From a bacterium (GTDB lineage: Bacteria > SAR324 > NAC60-12), in contig CBDDTI010000747.1 in assembly GCA_965233585.1 (NCBI GenBank), positions 896,001 to 960,000 of the forward strand: DNA of 64,000 nucleotides. Direction: 5' to 3'. Below are positions 10,342 to 20,137 of the stretch, piece after piece. Made by a program: the position numbers and the translations under genes. The notes under the pieces are model-generated. The model was not told the origin of the DNA. It saw nothing but the letters and a program-made list of their open reading frames with translations, and did no database searches. Every line of letters starts with the position of its first letter. Positions within the stretch are counted from its first letter, which is position 1.

Positions 10342-11061
10342 ATGTCAGAACGTTTAGATAGAATAGAAAAAATCTTGGAAGAAGCAAGTGCGATTGCTAA
10401 AGAAGCTGATGAATTAGTTAAAGCTCTTGCCAAACAGATGCAAGAGTCCAATGCCAGATGGGAAAAAGAGAGGCTAGAACGCAATGCCGCCTGGGAGAAG
10501 CAGGTGCAAGAGTCCGATGCCAGATGGGAAAAAGAGAGGCTAGAACGCAATGCCGCCTGGGAGAAGCAGATGCAAGAGTCCAATGCCGCTTGGGAGAAAG
10601 AAATGAAGGAAGAAAGACGATTGAGAAAAGAAAGCAACAAGAAACTGGAAAGTTACATCACGGTAGAAAGCGACATACAGGAAGACGCTTACTATCGTAC
10701 TGGTCAAAGAGAAATAGAAGAGAAAGGATTTATCATGATTGGTGGGGTTGCTTATGATTCTGTAGATAAAAATGTGAAGGGAAGATTTGAGAAAGTAGTT
10801 GGGCAGTATGACGTTGTTTTTTATAATCGTTCTCACATCTTCATTGTAGAAGTGAAGCACAAACTTCGTCTTGATGACTTTGACCAAGTATTCAGACACA
10901 AAGAAACATTCCCTGTCGTGTTTCCACGATATCAGGATTTTCAAATTCATCTGGGACTTGCCTGTCAAAGCATTCCAGAACATTTCATCTCTCATGCCAA
11001 AGCCAGAGGAGTTTACCTCCTGCAACCTGAAGCAGACCAAATCAAAGTCATTGAACCTTGA
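10342..11061 (+). CDS. Coiled-coil + PD-(D/E)XK nuclease-domain protein (DUF3782-like), copy A
   Basis: 11-residue WEK repeats; C-terminal GQYDVVFYNRSHIFIVEVKHKL (D...EVK); GGAGAGG RBS. Confidence 0.75.
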   Translation: MSERLDRIEKILEEASAIAKEADELVKALAKQMQESNARWEKERLERNAAWEKQVQESDARWEKERLERNAAWEKQMQESNAAWEKEMKEERRLRKESNKKLESYITVESDIQEDAYYRTGQREIEEKGFIMIGGVAYDSVDKNVKGRFEKVVGQYDVVFYNRSHIFIVEVKHKLRLDDFDQVFRHKETFPVVFPRYQDFQIHLGLACQSIPEHFISHAKARGVYLLQPEADQIKVIEP

Positions 11062-11089
11062 CCCTCAACCTCTGTTTTTTCTCATTCCC

Positions 11090-11215
11090 CTGTCATTGCT
11101 GACCTTGACCCGCAATCTCATTCTTCTTCAAACACAGGACAAACACTTGGGTTTGTCCCTACGCCTTGACTTGCGTGCATCTCCTTGTCATCACGTGCTT
11201 GACCCGCAATCTCTC
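11090..11215. repeat. REP-like palindrome cluster between nuclease copies A and B
   Basis: GTAG REP at 11135-11162 (minus) flanked by ...ttgacccgcaatctc motifs. Confidence 0.85.
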
Positions 11216-11313
11216 TTTTTTTTCACTCTTCTTTTGTTTTCTTTCTCACTCTTTTTCTCAAAAATCTGCTAAACTAGGTGTATTTTTGAAAATTTAAAAC
11301 TTTGGAGAATGTT

Positions 11314-11967
11314 ATGAGTGAAAAATTTGACGAGATTTGGGCAACTTTAGATAGAATTACACAAAGGCAAGAAGAATTTGCAAAACAACAAGAAGAATTT
11401 GCAAAACAACAGCAAGAGTCCAGTGCTAGATGGGAAAAAGAAAGACAAGAACGCAATGCCGCTTGGGAGAAGCAGATGCAAGAACGCGATGCCGCTTGGG
11501 AAAAAGAAATGAAGGAAGAAAGGCGATTGAGAAAGGAAACCAACAAGAAGCTGGAAAGTTACATCACGGTAGAAAGCGACATACAGGAAGATGCCTACTA
11601 TCGTACTGGTCAAAGAGAAATAGAAGAAAAAGGATTCATCATGCTTGGTGGGATTGCTTATGATTCTGTAGATAAAAATGTGAAGGGAAGATTTGAGAAA
11701 GTAGTTGGGCAGTATGACGTTGTTTTTTATAATCGTTCTCACATTTTCATTGTGGAAGTGAAGCACAAACTTCGTCTTGATGACTTTGACCAAGTGTTCA
11801 GGCACAAAGAAACATTCCCCGTCATCTTTCCACGATATCAGGATTTTCAAATTCATCTAGGACTTGCGTGTCAAAGCATTCCAGAACATTTCATCTCTCA
11901 TGCCAAAGCTAAGGGAATTTACCTCCTGCAACCCGAAGCAGACCAGATCAAAGTCATTGAACCTTGA
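11314..11967 (+). CDS. Coiled-coil + PD-(D/E)XK nuclease-domain protein (DUF3782-like), copy B
   Basis: C-terminal ~150 aa near-identical to copy A; EEFAKQQ x2 and WEK repeats; ATG 11314 after GGAG. Confidence 0.75.
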   Translation: MSEKFDEIWATLDRITQRQEEFAKQQEEFAKQQQESSARWEKERQERNAAWEKQMQERDAAWEKEMKEERRLRKETNKKLESYITVESDIQEDAYYRTGQREIEEKGFIMLGGIAYDSVDKNVKGRFEKVVGQYDVVFYNRSHIFIVEVKHKLRLDDFDQVFRHKETFPVIFPRYQDFQIHLGLACQSIPEHFISHAKAKGIYLLQPEADQIKVIEP

Positions 11968-12104
11968 TTTGCTTGAGGAATTACTTCGTAACCTCTCTTT
12001 TTTACCTAATTCCCTCATCAATCCAAAATTGTTACGTTCCCTTTATTTCCATTTGGTCTCAAATTTGTTATGATTCTGGATTTAGCATTCTCACACACAA
12101 ACTG

Positions 12105-12551
12105 ATGGAAACTGCTTTACTTTTTGACACACTCAAGACCTCCAAACACTTGCAAGCTGCAGGCTTTGAACAAGGACAAGCAGAGGCATTGACGGAAGAA
12201 TTTAAATTTGTTGTAGAAAGCAACTTTGCAAAACTTTCAACCAAAGAACAGGTCGCTGCTTTGGAGGAACAACTGAAGCAGAAAGCCACCAAAGAACAAG
12301 TCGCTGCTTTAGAAAACAATCTCAGTGAGAGACTTGAAAAATTTGCCACCAAAGAAGACGTCCAGAATGTCAAAGATGAACTCAAAAATGACGTCCAGAA
12401 TGTCAAAGATGAACTGAAAGAAGACATCCACTATTTAAAAGGAGACCAGAAGCTCCTTAAATGGATGGTTAGTTTTGGCATCTCTTTAAATCTGTTAACA
12501 CTTGGGGTTGTGCTAGCTTTTTTGTTTACAACTACTCCTACTCCTGCTTAA
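12105..12551 (+). CDS. DUF1640/CCDC90-like coiled-coil membrane-anchored protein
   Basis: METALLFDTL...LQAAGFEQGQAEAL head, ATKE(D/Q)V repeats, C-terminal LLKWMV + TM helix. Confidence 0.85.
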   Translation: METALLFDTLKTSKHLQAAGFEQGQAEALTEEFKFVVESNFAKLSTKEQVAALEEQLKQKATKEQVAALENNLSERLEKFATKEDVQNVKDELKNDVQNVKDELKEDIHYLKGDQKLLKWMVSFGISLNLLTLGVVLAFLFTTTPTPA

Positions 12552-12809
12552 CAACTCTGCCCTGAAAAATCACCCTCCTTGACTCCAGCAATCACCTCTC
12601 CAACTGAGGGAATAAGAAAGCAGAGAAAGTTGAAAAAAAAGAGAGATTGCAAGTCAAGGTGAGCAACGATTGAAGGATTTTACTAGCAAATCCGTTAGGA
12701 TTTGACGGGCTTGTCTCAGAAAAAGCAGATGGCAGCTCAAGTCCGCTTCGGTAGGATTTGACAGAGTGCTTTTTGAAGATGAAGACACCCCGTCAAACAG
12801 AAGTTGATT

Positions 12810-14069
12810 TTAGTTGAGGTCTTCCAAGTCAGCTTGAATGTTTTCCACTGCTTCGTCAGAGGTAAGCTCTTTCATCACCAACTGTTGAATGTTCTGGATA
12901 AAGGTTTCTTGCGCTCCACGAAAATCAGTGAAAAGTGGTTCAGGACCACCACGAGAGATTCCAGCCAAGAAAGGCTTCCACGCCGCGTTTTCTTCAGTGA
13001 GTTTTTTGACACCTTCCACAGGACGCAGTGGAGTGTATCCAACCTCTTTTTCAAAGCGGAATTGATTGGTGGCATTGGTCAGAAACTTGATAAACTTTGT
13101 TGCTTCTTTTTCCATACCTGTCCCTTTGAAGACAACTAGGGAGTCAGTAATGAGCAACGTCCCATTTGAACCACTAGGTCCATGCGGAATGTCAGTGACT
13201 CCCCAATCAAGGTCCTTGTTCAATCGGTTTCGGTCCCATGGACCTGAGATAAATGATGCCAGTTTTCCATCATTGAACAGATTACGCAGAGTGTCTCTGT
13301 CATGTGCGGCAGGTCCGTCTTGGGAGACGTCAGCCAATTTGGCATAAAACTCCATAGTCTCACGCGTATTTGTTGAATCAAAAACGACTTCACCTTGATC
13401 ATTTATCACTTCACCATTGTTGGTATAGAGCCAATTTAAAAACTGATGAAAGGTTTGGTCAAAAGACTTGGCAATCATGCCATAGCCTGGTATGTCTGTC
13501 ATGGCTTTGATTTTTTGAGTGGCATCTAAAAACTCGTCCCATGTTTTTGGGAATGTTTTATAGCCAGCTTTGGCAAATAAATCCTTTCTGTAATAAATTG
13601 CCTTACTGGAAAAAGCTCTGGGGTATCCCCATTGCTTACCCTGATAGCTAACGGTTTTTAAGACGTTGGGCCAATACTCTCCTCTTTCAGCAGCACTAAA
13701 TGCTGCAGGAACGATCAAATCAGAGTCTGCCAGTTGTCTCAACGCCCGAGACCCCACATAAGCAGCAGCAGGAGGACTGCCAGCACCAGCCAAGTTAAAA
13801 ACTTTGCTTTGACACTGCCCCCAAGGAACAACTTCATACTGGATCTTCAAATCAGGGTTTTCCTTCTCAAAGAGTTCTTTGCCCCATTTGTAACCTGCAT
13901 GAAGCTCATTTCCACAAACAATGATTGGGACATCAGCAGCAAAACTGTTTGTGTTCAGTGAAACCATTGCTGTTGTACCAACAATCATTGACAACCACCC
14001 TCTTTTGCATACGAGGGAAGAAACAAGTTGCGTTGCATCTTTTGCAACAATCAGTAATTTTTGAATCAT
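12810..14069 (-). CDS. Sugar ABC transporter substrate-binding protein (orphan)
   Basis: Signal peptide; FEKENPDLKIQYEVVPW, YGYP-like WGYP, IYYRKDLFAKAG, PKTWDEF, F..GKLA..ISGPW motifs. Confidence 0.9.
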   Translation of the reverse strand: MIQKLLIVAKDATQLVSSLVCKRGWLSMIVGTTAMVSLNTNSFAADVPIIVCGNELHAGYKWGKELFEKENPDLKIQYEVVPWGQCQSKVFNLAGAGSPPAAAYVGSRALRQLADSDLIVPAAFSAAERGEYWPNVLKTVSYQGKQWGYPRAFSSKAIYYRKDLFAKAGYKTFPKTWDEFLDATQKIKAMTDIPGYGMIAKSFDQTFHQFLNWLYTNNGEVINDQGEVVFDSTNTRETMEFYAKLADVSQDGPAAHDRDTLRNLFNDGKLASFISGPWDRNRLNKDLDWGVTDIPHGPSGSNGTLLITDSLVVFKGTGMEKEATKFIKFLTNATNQFRFEKEVGYTPLRPVEGVKKLTEENAAWKPFLAGISRGGPEPLFTDFRGAQETFIQNIQQLVMKELTSDEAVENIQADLEDLN

Positions 14070-14875
14070 AAGTTTATTACTCCTAAAAATTGATGAGTTA
14101 AAATGAGTGAAAAATTAGAATTGAAAAAATGTGTTTGTCTGCTCCCTCCTTATTAAAATAGTATTAACGCAAAGTTGTTAGTAAGAAGTAGTCCATATTT
14201 CGTGATAGAATAGAGACAACAATTTAGAGGCGACATTCCAAGCAAAAACACAGGGTGTCACGGACTCAAAGTTCATGTCATTTGCCAGAGACAAGGAGTG
14301 CCTGTTGTTCAATTCAACCCTGCAAAACTGAACCCCGTTTTTGATTTTTGAAAAGTGTCATCTCCTTTTCTCCATTCAATGACATCACTCAAAAAGTGTG
14401 GTGACTAAAGGAGGCATTCATTTTCAAATTTCAAAAGTGAAAGGGTATAGGGATTCTTTGGAATTGTCAACAGATTATGTTCTTTGGAGATAGAACAAAT
14501 TTATTTTTTCTGCAAGGATTACCCTGCACTTTTCACTGCAGGAACAACTTTTGATGCGTCCTCAAGGAACGTCTTCAATCTGCTTTCTGAATTTAAAAAC
14601 GGCTCAACCCAAATGATCGATGCATTTGCAAAATCTTTAGTAAAAATTCTTCCACTCTCAACATTAAAAGACCTAGAAAAGAGCTAAACAAAAACAGAGA
14701 AAAAAGGAATCAGACACTTTTTAAAAGTATTTCCACATTGAAACACAAAGTCAACCCTTTTTTTCAATTCTTCAACACTTGACTCTAACCCAAGCATGAG
14801 CTGGGTGATTTTAGTGCTATGTGCAGACAAGAGTACAGTATGATGCCTTTCTATGAGACGTTTGATTGAGAACAG

Positions 14876-16048
14876 TTAGCATTTGATTTGTCTTACTCCA
14901 TCAGAAATCTTGACCACAAGGGGTGATAGATGAATTTGATAACGTCGCTGGTAGCTTTCCGCAACATCTTTGACAAAAGATTCAATCTGTGTCTCATGGA
15001 TTAAATTGATGGTGCAACCTCCAAAGCCTCCGCCCATCATTCTTGAACCTAACACTCGTGAATCCTTTCTTGCAAAATCTGCTAAAAAATCTAATTCAAG
15101 ACAACTGACCTCATATAAATTTTGCAATCCTTCGTGCGATTGATTGAGCAACCTGCCAACTGCTTGCAAATCTTGTTGTTTCAGTGCTTCCACAGTCTTT
15201 AAAACACGTTGTTGTTCTTGAACTACAAAAATCGCTCTTCGTTTTTGGGTTGTTCCTAATGTTTCAGATAAATCATCAATCATCTCCAGTGAAGCATCAG
15301 CCAGAGAATGAACTTGAGGATATTTTTTTGCCAACGCCAACAAAGCAGATTCGCATTCTTCTCTGCGAGTGTTGTAAGCGGTTTCTCCCAAACTGTGCTT
15401 GACGTTACTATTGAGCAATAACAGTTGATAAGGGGCAAAATCTGCAGGAATCTGCTCATATTCCAGAGATTGACAATTCAGCAACAGGAGACAATTTTGT
15501 TGCCCTTTCACCACAGCAAATTGGTCCATGATTCCTACATTTGCTCCTGAAAAACGTTGCTCTGCCCGCTGGCATAGTTGAATCAAGGTCAGGTCGTCAA
15601 TTTGAAGGTCAAATAAAAAATTGACTCCTTTGGCAAAGCCACATAACAACGCCGCAGATGAACTCACTCCTGCACCAATCGGAAGCTGGCTTTCAATTAC
15701 ACAATCAAACCCTTTGATTTGTTGGGGACAAATTTTTTTAAACTCGGAAAGTACTCCCAAAAGGTACGTCAGCCAACCTGTTGCTGATTGAGCTTCACTT
15801 AAATTGACTGCAAAGCCTTCTTGATAGTCTTGACTGAGCAGATGAGCCGTGCCTTGACTTTCGTTTTTCCTGAAGGAGAAAATGAGCGATTGCTCAATAG
15901 CCGCAGGCAAGACACTCCCGCCATTGTAATCAATATGTTCCCCAATCAGGTTGATTCTACCGGGTGAGGCTATTTTGAAAGAGCAATCTGTCTGAACAGC
16001 CTTTTGAATTTGACTATACTGCTTTTTTGTCAGTGATGAAGGTGTCAT
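14876..16048 (-). CDS. galK: Galactokinase
   Basis: SPGRINLIGEHIDYNGG, PIGAGVSSSAA, GIMDQF, RMMGGGFGGC. Confidence 0.97.
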   Translation of the reverse strand: MTPSSLTKKQYSQIQKAVQTDCSFKIASPGRINLIGEHIDYNGGSVLPAAIEQSLIFSFRKNESQGTAHLLSQDYQEGFAVNLSEAQSATGWLTYLLGVLSEFKKICPQQIKGFDCVIESQLPIGAGVSSSAALLCGFAKGVNFLFDLQIDDLTLIQLCQRAEQRFSGANVGIMDQFAVVKGQQNCLLLLNCQSLEYEQIPADFAPYQLLLLNSNVKHSLGETAYNTRREECESALLALAKKYPQVHSLADASLEMIDDLSETLGTTQKRRAIFVVQEQQRVLKTVEALKQQDLQAVGRLLNQSHEGLQNLYEVSCLELDFLADFARKDSRVLGSRMMGGGFGGCTINLIHETQIESFVKDVAESYQRRYQIHLSPLVVKISDGVRQIKC

Positions 16049-16191
16049 TTTTCTGCTAAAATCATATTTTGAACATACAGCCTCTTATTACTAGCATTAA
16101 ACTCATATTTGATATCTAACGGCAATTTTTCTAAATCTAATATTTTCCAACTTCTAACCTTGTATAAGCTAGTATTTTCTAAAAAAATTTC
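16045..16191 (-). pseudogene. Orphan C-terminal 48 codons of a putative restriction endonuclease
   Basis: Starts flush at the IS1 end: EIFLENTSLYKVRSWKILDLEKLPLDIKYEFNASNKRLYVQNMILAEK*; its TGA overlaps the galK ATG (ATGA); AT-rich like 56802-57076. Confidence 0.6.
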
Positions 16192-16951
16192 GGCATTGTT
16201 AAGTAATAAGTGATAGCTGATTATTCCGTTTTGCCATGAACAAAAGAACAGAATATTGTAATGCTTTAAGAGACTTGCTGTAACATTTGGTTTTCCTTCT
16301 CATTCTTGCCAAGAAATGTCTCAAGAGAGAATTATACCCTTCTATCGTGTATGTTTCTGCCTTGGAACATGTATGAATTTCTTTGGGAATGACTTGTTTG
16401 TAAGCCTTGCAGTGATCAGTCATCACCTGAAGAGGTTTTGTTTCCTTGACCTTGTCCCATAAATGCCTACAGGCTTTTGAGTCTCTGTTTCCAAGCACAC
16501 AATTGATAAATTGCTTCCCACATCTATCAACAGCAATCCAGAGCCAGCAGTAGTTTTTTTTGACTGGATGTAGGTGTGCATTTCATCAATTTCCATAATT
16601 TCAATGTCTGTGTCCTTTCTTAATGCCTTGAGCTGTTCGCCAAAACTACAGACCCAATTATAAACTGAAACATGAGAACAATTCAGCAAACGACCGATTG
16701 ACCTGAAACCAAGACCCTCCAAATACAACTCTAATGCTCTTCTTTTGATCTGTGGTGAGATTTGACCACGATAGGACTTGGTATATTGATAGTTGCAGGC
16801 ATTGCAACGCCTCCTCGGTTTACCATATAAAAAACCATTCTTAACCATCTTCTCACTTTCACATCTAGGACACGACTTCATTGCTACACCATGACTATCA
16901 ATTCAATTAAATGAACTTAATATCGCATATCACTTATAGTTTAACAATACC
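16192..16951 (-). mobile_element. IS1-family element type a, copy 1 (760 bp)
   Basis: IRs GGTATTGTTAA/GGCATTGTTAA; InsA (CPRC..C..C, HTH) 16423-16881 and InsB 16199-16498 joined by an A8C slippery site; no TSD. Confidence 0.93.
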
Positions 16952-17049
16952 TTTTGTTTTAAATGACTAATGTAGGCTTTTTCAGATTTCCCCTCACAAA
17001 AGACATAATAAATTGGATTGATTTCTCTATTTTGGTTTTTCTTTCTCAT
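16952..17049 (-). pseudogene. RloB-like (TOPRIM) protein N-terminus truncated by IS1
   Basis: MRKKNQNREINPIYYVFCEGKSEKAYISHLKQ; ATG overlaps the stop of the upstream AAA ATPase (ATGA); CEG..E..Y is the RloB motif. Confidence 0.75.
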
Positions 17050-18284
17050 AACTCATCTTTGATAAAAGGAATTGCATCAAAACGACCATGTAAATAAGCT
17101 GTCTCTAAATCCATTGTGTCTTTAAAATCTTTGTAATCATAGAGAGAATACAGATCAGAAGAAGCATCTTGTTTTTTATTGACAAAATAAATTTGATCTT
17201 TCCGCATCTTTTCTAAATCTAAAAGACAAGTATTGTGTGTAGAAAAAATCAACTGGCTTTGTTTGCTTCTATGAAATAAGTTTAAAATATATTCTACAAT
17301 TTTAGGGTGCAAAGAAGTTTCTATCTCATCAATCAATAGTATTTTGTTATTAGAAAGAATATCAAAAATATTGAGTAGCACAAAAAACAATTTTTTGGTA
17401 CCGTCAGATTCTTCATTAAAAAAATCAAAAGCAATGTTAGGATTTTGTTTATGAAAAGTCAGAATTTGTAAACGATCTTCTATCTCATCTGCTATATTGA
17501 CTGTTAATTCTTGTTCAGAAACTTGTACATGTTTAGTTGGAATCTGGATTTTTCTACATTGAATATCTACAATGTCAAAATCAGCAACTTGTAAAGCTTT
17601 TAGTAAAAAACTCTTAGCCCCTTCATGGTAAAAACAAAATTCAATATTTTCCACTCTATTATCATAATATCCTAAAATAAATTTTTGATTAAAGTAATTA
17701 TAAAGGTTTTTAGCAAAATCCCTGTCCATTTGACTTGCCCTTGATAAATACAAGTTTTTGTTAGATGTATTTTCTGCTACATCAAAAGGTCTTTTAATTC
17801 CCAAACCAAACGTATACTTATCTTTTTTTTGTTCTCCTTTGGTCTCATCTCTTTCAAAAATTCTTGCTCTTCTACCATGAGGATAATAATGCAAAGATTC
17901 TTTGACAAAAGTATGTTGGTATAAATCTAAGGCAAAAGAATATTCATACTCTATTTTTTCATGGATAAAACGAATTTGAAATGTGCTTAATTTTTCTTTA
18001 GGGTTAAATTTAAAAGGTTTAATATTAAAACTAATATCTTGGTTAAATTGATGTGACTCCAAAATCAAATGACAACAAAATCTAATCGCTTTAATGATAT
18101 TGCTTTTTCCAGAAGCATTTGCTCCATAAATCGCAACAGTTTTCAATATTTTTTCTTTACCTATCTCAAAAAAATGATCTTTTAAATTTTTAGCATTTTT
18201 ACTGTGAATATTTCCTGCTCTCAAATCTAAAATCACTTCTTCATTAATAGAGAAAAAATTGGATAATCTAATTTCTAAAATCAT
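17046..18284 (-). CDS. AAA_21/RloA (AbiEii-like) ATPase
   Basis: GANASGKSN Walker A, ESDGTKK signature, LLIDEIETSLHP Walker B, QLIFSTH, YLHGRFDAIP; AT-rich. Confidence 0.9.
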   Translation of the reverse strand: MILEIRLSNFFSINEEVILDLRAGNIHSKNAKNLKDHFFEIGKEKILKTVAIYGANASGKSNIIKAIRFCCHLILESHQFNQDISFNIKPFKFNPKEKLSTFQIRFIHEKIEYEYSFALDLYQHTFVKESLHYYPHGRRARIFERDETKGEQKKDKYTFGLGIKRPFDVAENTSNKNLYLSRASQMDRDFAKNLYNYFNQKFILGYYDNRVENIEFCFYHEGAKSFLLKALQVADFDIVDIQCRKIQIPTKHVQVSEQELTVNIADEIEDRLQILTFHKQNPNIAFDFFNEESDGTKKLFFVLLNIFDILSNNKILLIDEIETSLHPKIVEYILNLFHRSKQSQLIFSTHNTCLLDLEKMRKDQIYFVNKKQDASSDLYSLYDYKDFKDTMDLETAYLHGRFDAIPFIKDEL

Positions 18285-18325
18285 TTTTCAATCACACCCT
18301 CAAACATAAATTCATAAATTACTTA

Positions 18326-19051
18326 TCATTCGTTTTCTTTGACTTCTACTTTCACAGTCTCCAACCCCACACCTTCTCCCTCCTCAATCGCTACCTCAAC
18401 CGCCTGCTTTGCCACTTCCAAAAGTCTTTCGCTTTCTTGTTTTAAAGCAAAACTTTCTTCTATTTTTTCGGCAATTTGGGTTTGGGTTTCTTTTGTGATG
18501 ATGGGGATAGAAATATTTAAAAATTCGTCTTTATTGATAGCTGTTAAAATTGTACCTGAACAATTTTGTTTTAATATTGTTTGCAATAGCTTTGATTTAA
18601 ATAAAACAAGTAGTGTTTGAGAATTTATTTTTTGACAATTTATCACATAAAAACCAGTAGAACACGAACTATTATTTTATTCTTTTGTGATTAAAGCACA
18701 AGAACTTAAATTTCCTTCAATAGAACTAATAATGACATCTCTTGTATTTACTTTTCGTCTTGCTCGTGAAGGTAAATTTTTACCTAAATCTTTTGTAAAT
18801 CCGTTTATTCCTCCCATGTCATCTATATTTGATAATTCTAAATATTTGTATTCTTTTTCGTCTGCAGGCTTATAATTTTTTAATTTTATCTCACAAATAT
18901 TATTTATTGTATCATTACCATTTTTATAGTTTAAAATAAGTTGATTATAATCTTCATACTTTACTTGATAATACTCTGCATCCAGCCTGCCACTTGTTCC
19001 AAAACTTCCGCTAAAAGATTTGATGTTAATCCCCCCTGCCCCCTTTGTAAA
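18326..19051 (-). pseudogene. Restriction-modification specificity (HsdS-like) subunit pseudogene
   Basis: RLDAEYYQ, LPSRARRKV, CSTGFYVI, IPII..ETQTQIAEKI motifs; in-frame TAA at 18677-18679 splits two same-frame ORFs; 5' part missing at the IS1b junction. Confidence 0.75.
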
Positions 19052-19824
19052 GGCAGTGTTCACTTGGTGTTGGCATGATGTCTTTCAAATCTTTTATAGT
19101 CAAAGAAAAGTTGGAGAGAGAGTTCCAGCATGTCCAAAGTTTTAGAATGTCGTTTAGATTTTCTCATCAAACGAGCTAGGTTATCTCTGATGGAAGAATT
19201 AGAAGATTCAATGAGATGAGTCTTTTTTTGACCTATTTCGTGGTTCTCTGGAATTTGTCATTGAGCAAATGCCACTTGATAGCATGAGTTGGCATCGGTA
19301 TAGATTGTCTTCATTCTAGGTCGCTGTTCTTTGACTAGTGCATACAGCTTTTGGGCAGCTGCTCATCCTTTGCCTATCACAAAGGCAATCACACATTGCT
19401 CTCTACGAGAGTCTGCTATCCAAACAGCTACTCTTTGACTTTTTTTTGAACAAAAGTATAGATTTCATCCATCTCTATACTATCTACTTGTTCATGGAAA
19501 CTTGGTGCGTCTTTTGGGAGTTGAGACACTCTGGCTTTTTTGATCCAGTTGAGAACAGAAGTTGGAGATACCTGCACAAAACGAGCTATCTTTCTGATGC
19601 CTACACTATTGACATACATTTCTAAAGCTTGACGCTTGGTCTCTAGTGGGATTCTCAACCCATTTGAACTGAATGACCTCCCACATGATTTGCAAACATA
19701 TCCCTGCACTCCTTTGCAACTTCCATTCTTGATGTCATTCTGACTCCCACAATGATGGCAACTTCTCATATTCATTCCTCAAATTCACTCTCATACGCAA
19801 TAACAACACTAAGTGAACATTGCC
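19052..19824 (-). mobile_element. IS1-family element type b, copy 1 (degenerate)
   Basis: IRs GGCAATGTT/GGCAGTGTT; InsA 19428-19775 (CHHC..C..C); InsB frame has TGA stops. Confidence 0.85.
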
Positions 19825-19859
19825 TTCTGTGAAGGGGAATAAGTCCTTCCTCTTTTTCC

Positions 19860-20110
19860 TTTCACCATTGCAGGCTTGACCCGCAATTTCTCTTTTTCTC
19901 ATTCTGTTTTCACTTTCGTCATTGCAGGCTTGACCCGCATCTCACTCTTGTTTTTTGAGATTCCGTGTCAAGCACGGAATGACTTGAGACATTTTTGTCA
20001 TTCTTTCTTTCTTTCTCGTCATTCCTGCGAAAGCAGGAATCCATGCCCTGATTGATGATAGATTCCGTGTCAAGCACGAAATGACGAAGAGAGGCACGGA
20101 ATGACTGGGA
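19860..20110. repeat. Cluster of dRS3/RPE-like palindromes
   Basis: gtcattcctgcgaaagcaggaatcca, gattccgtgtcaagcacggaatgac, cattgcaggcttgacccgca(a)t. Confidence 0.85.
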
Positions 20111-20137
20111 ACAGACTGCAGGCTTGTGTTTTGGTTT

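Noticed and set aside
19230..19370. TGA recoding (alternative genetic code) suggested by a shared in-frame TGA in both IS1b copies
   Set aside because: TGA terminates many normal genes here (aspS, trxB, the acyltransferase) and Trp is TGG. The IS1b copies carry additional lesions, so they are simply decayed.
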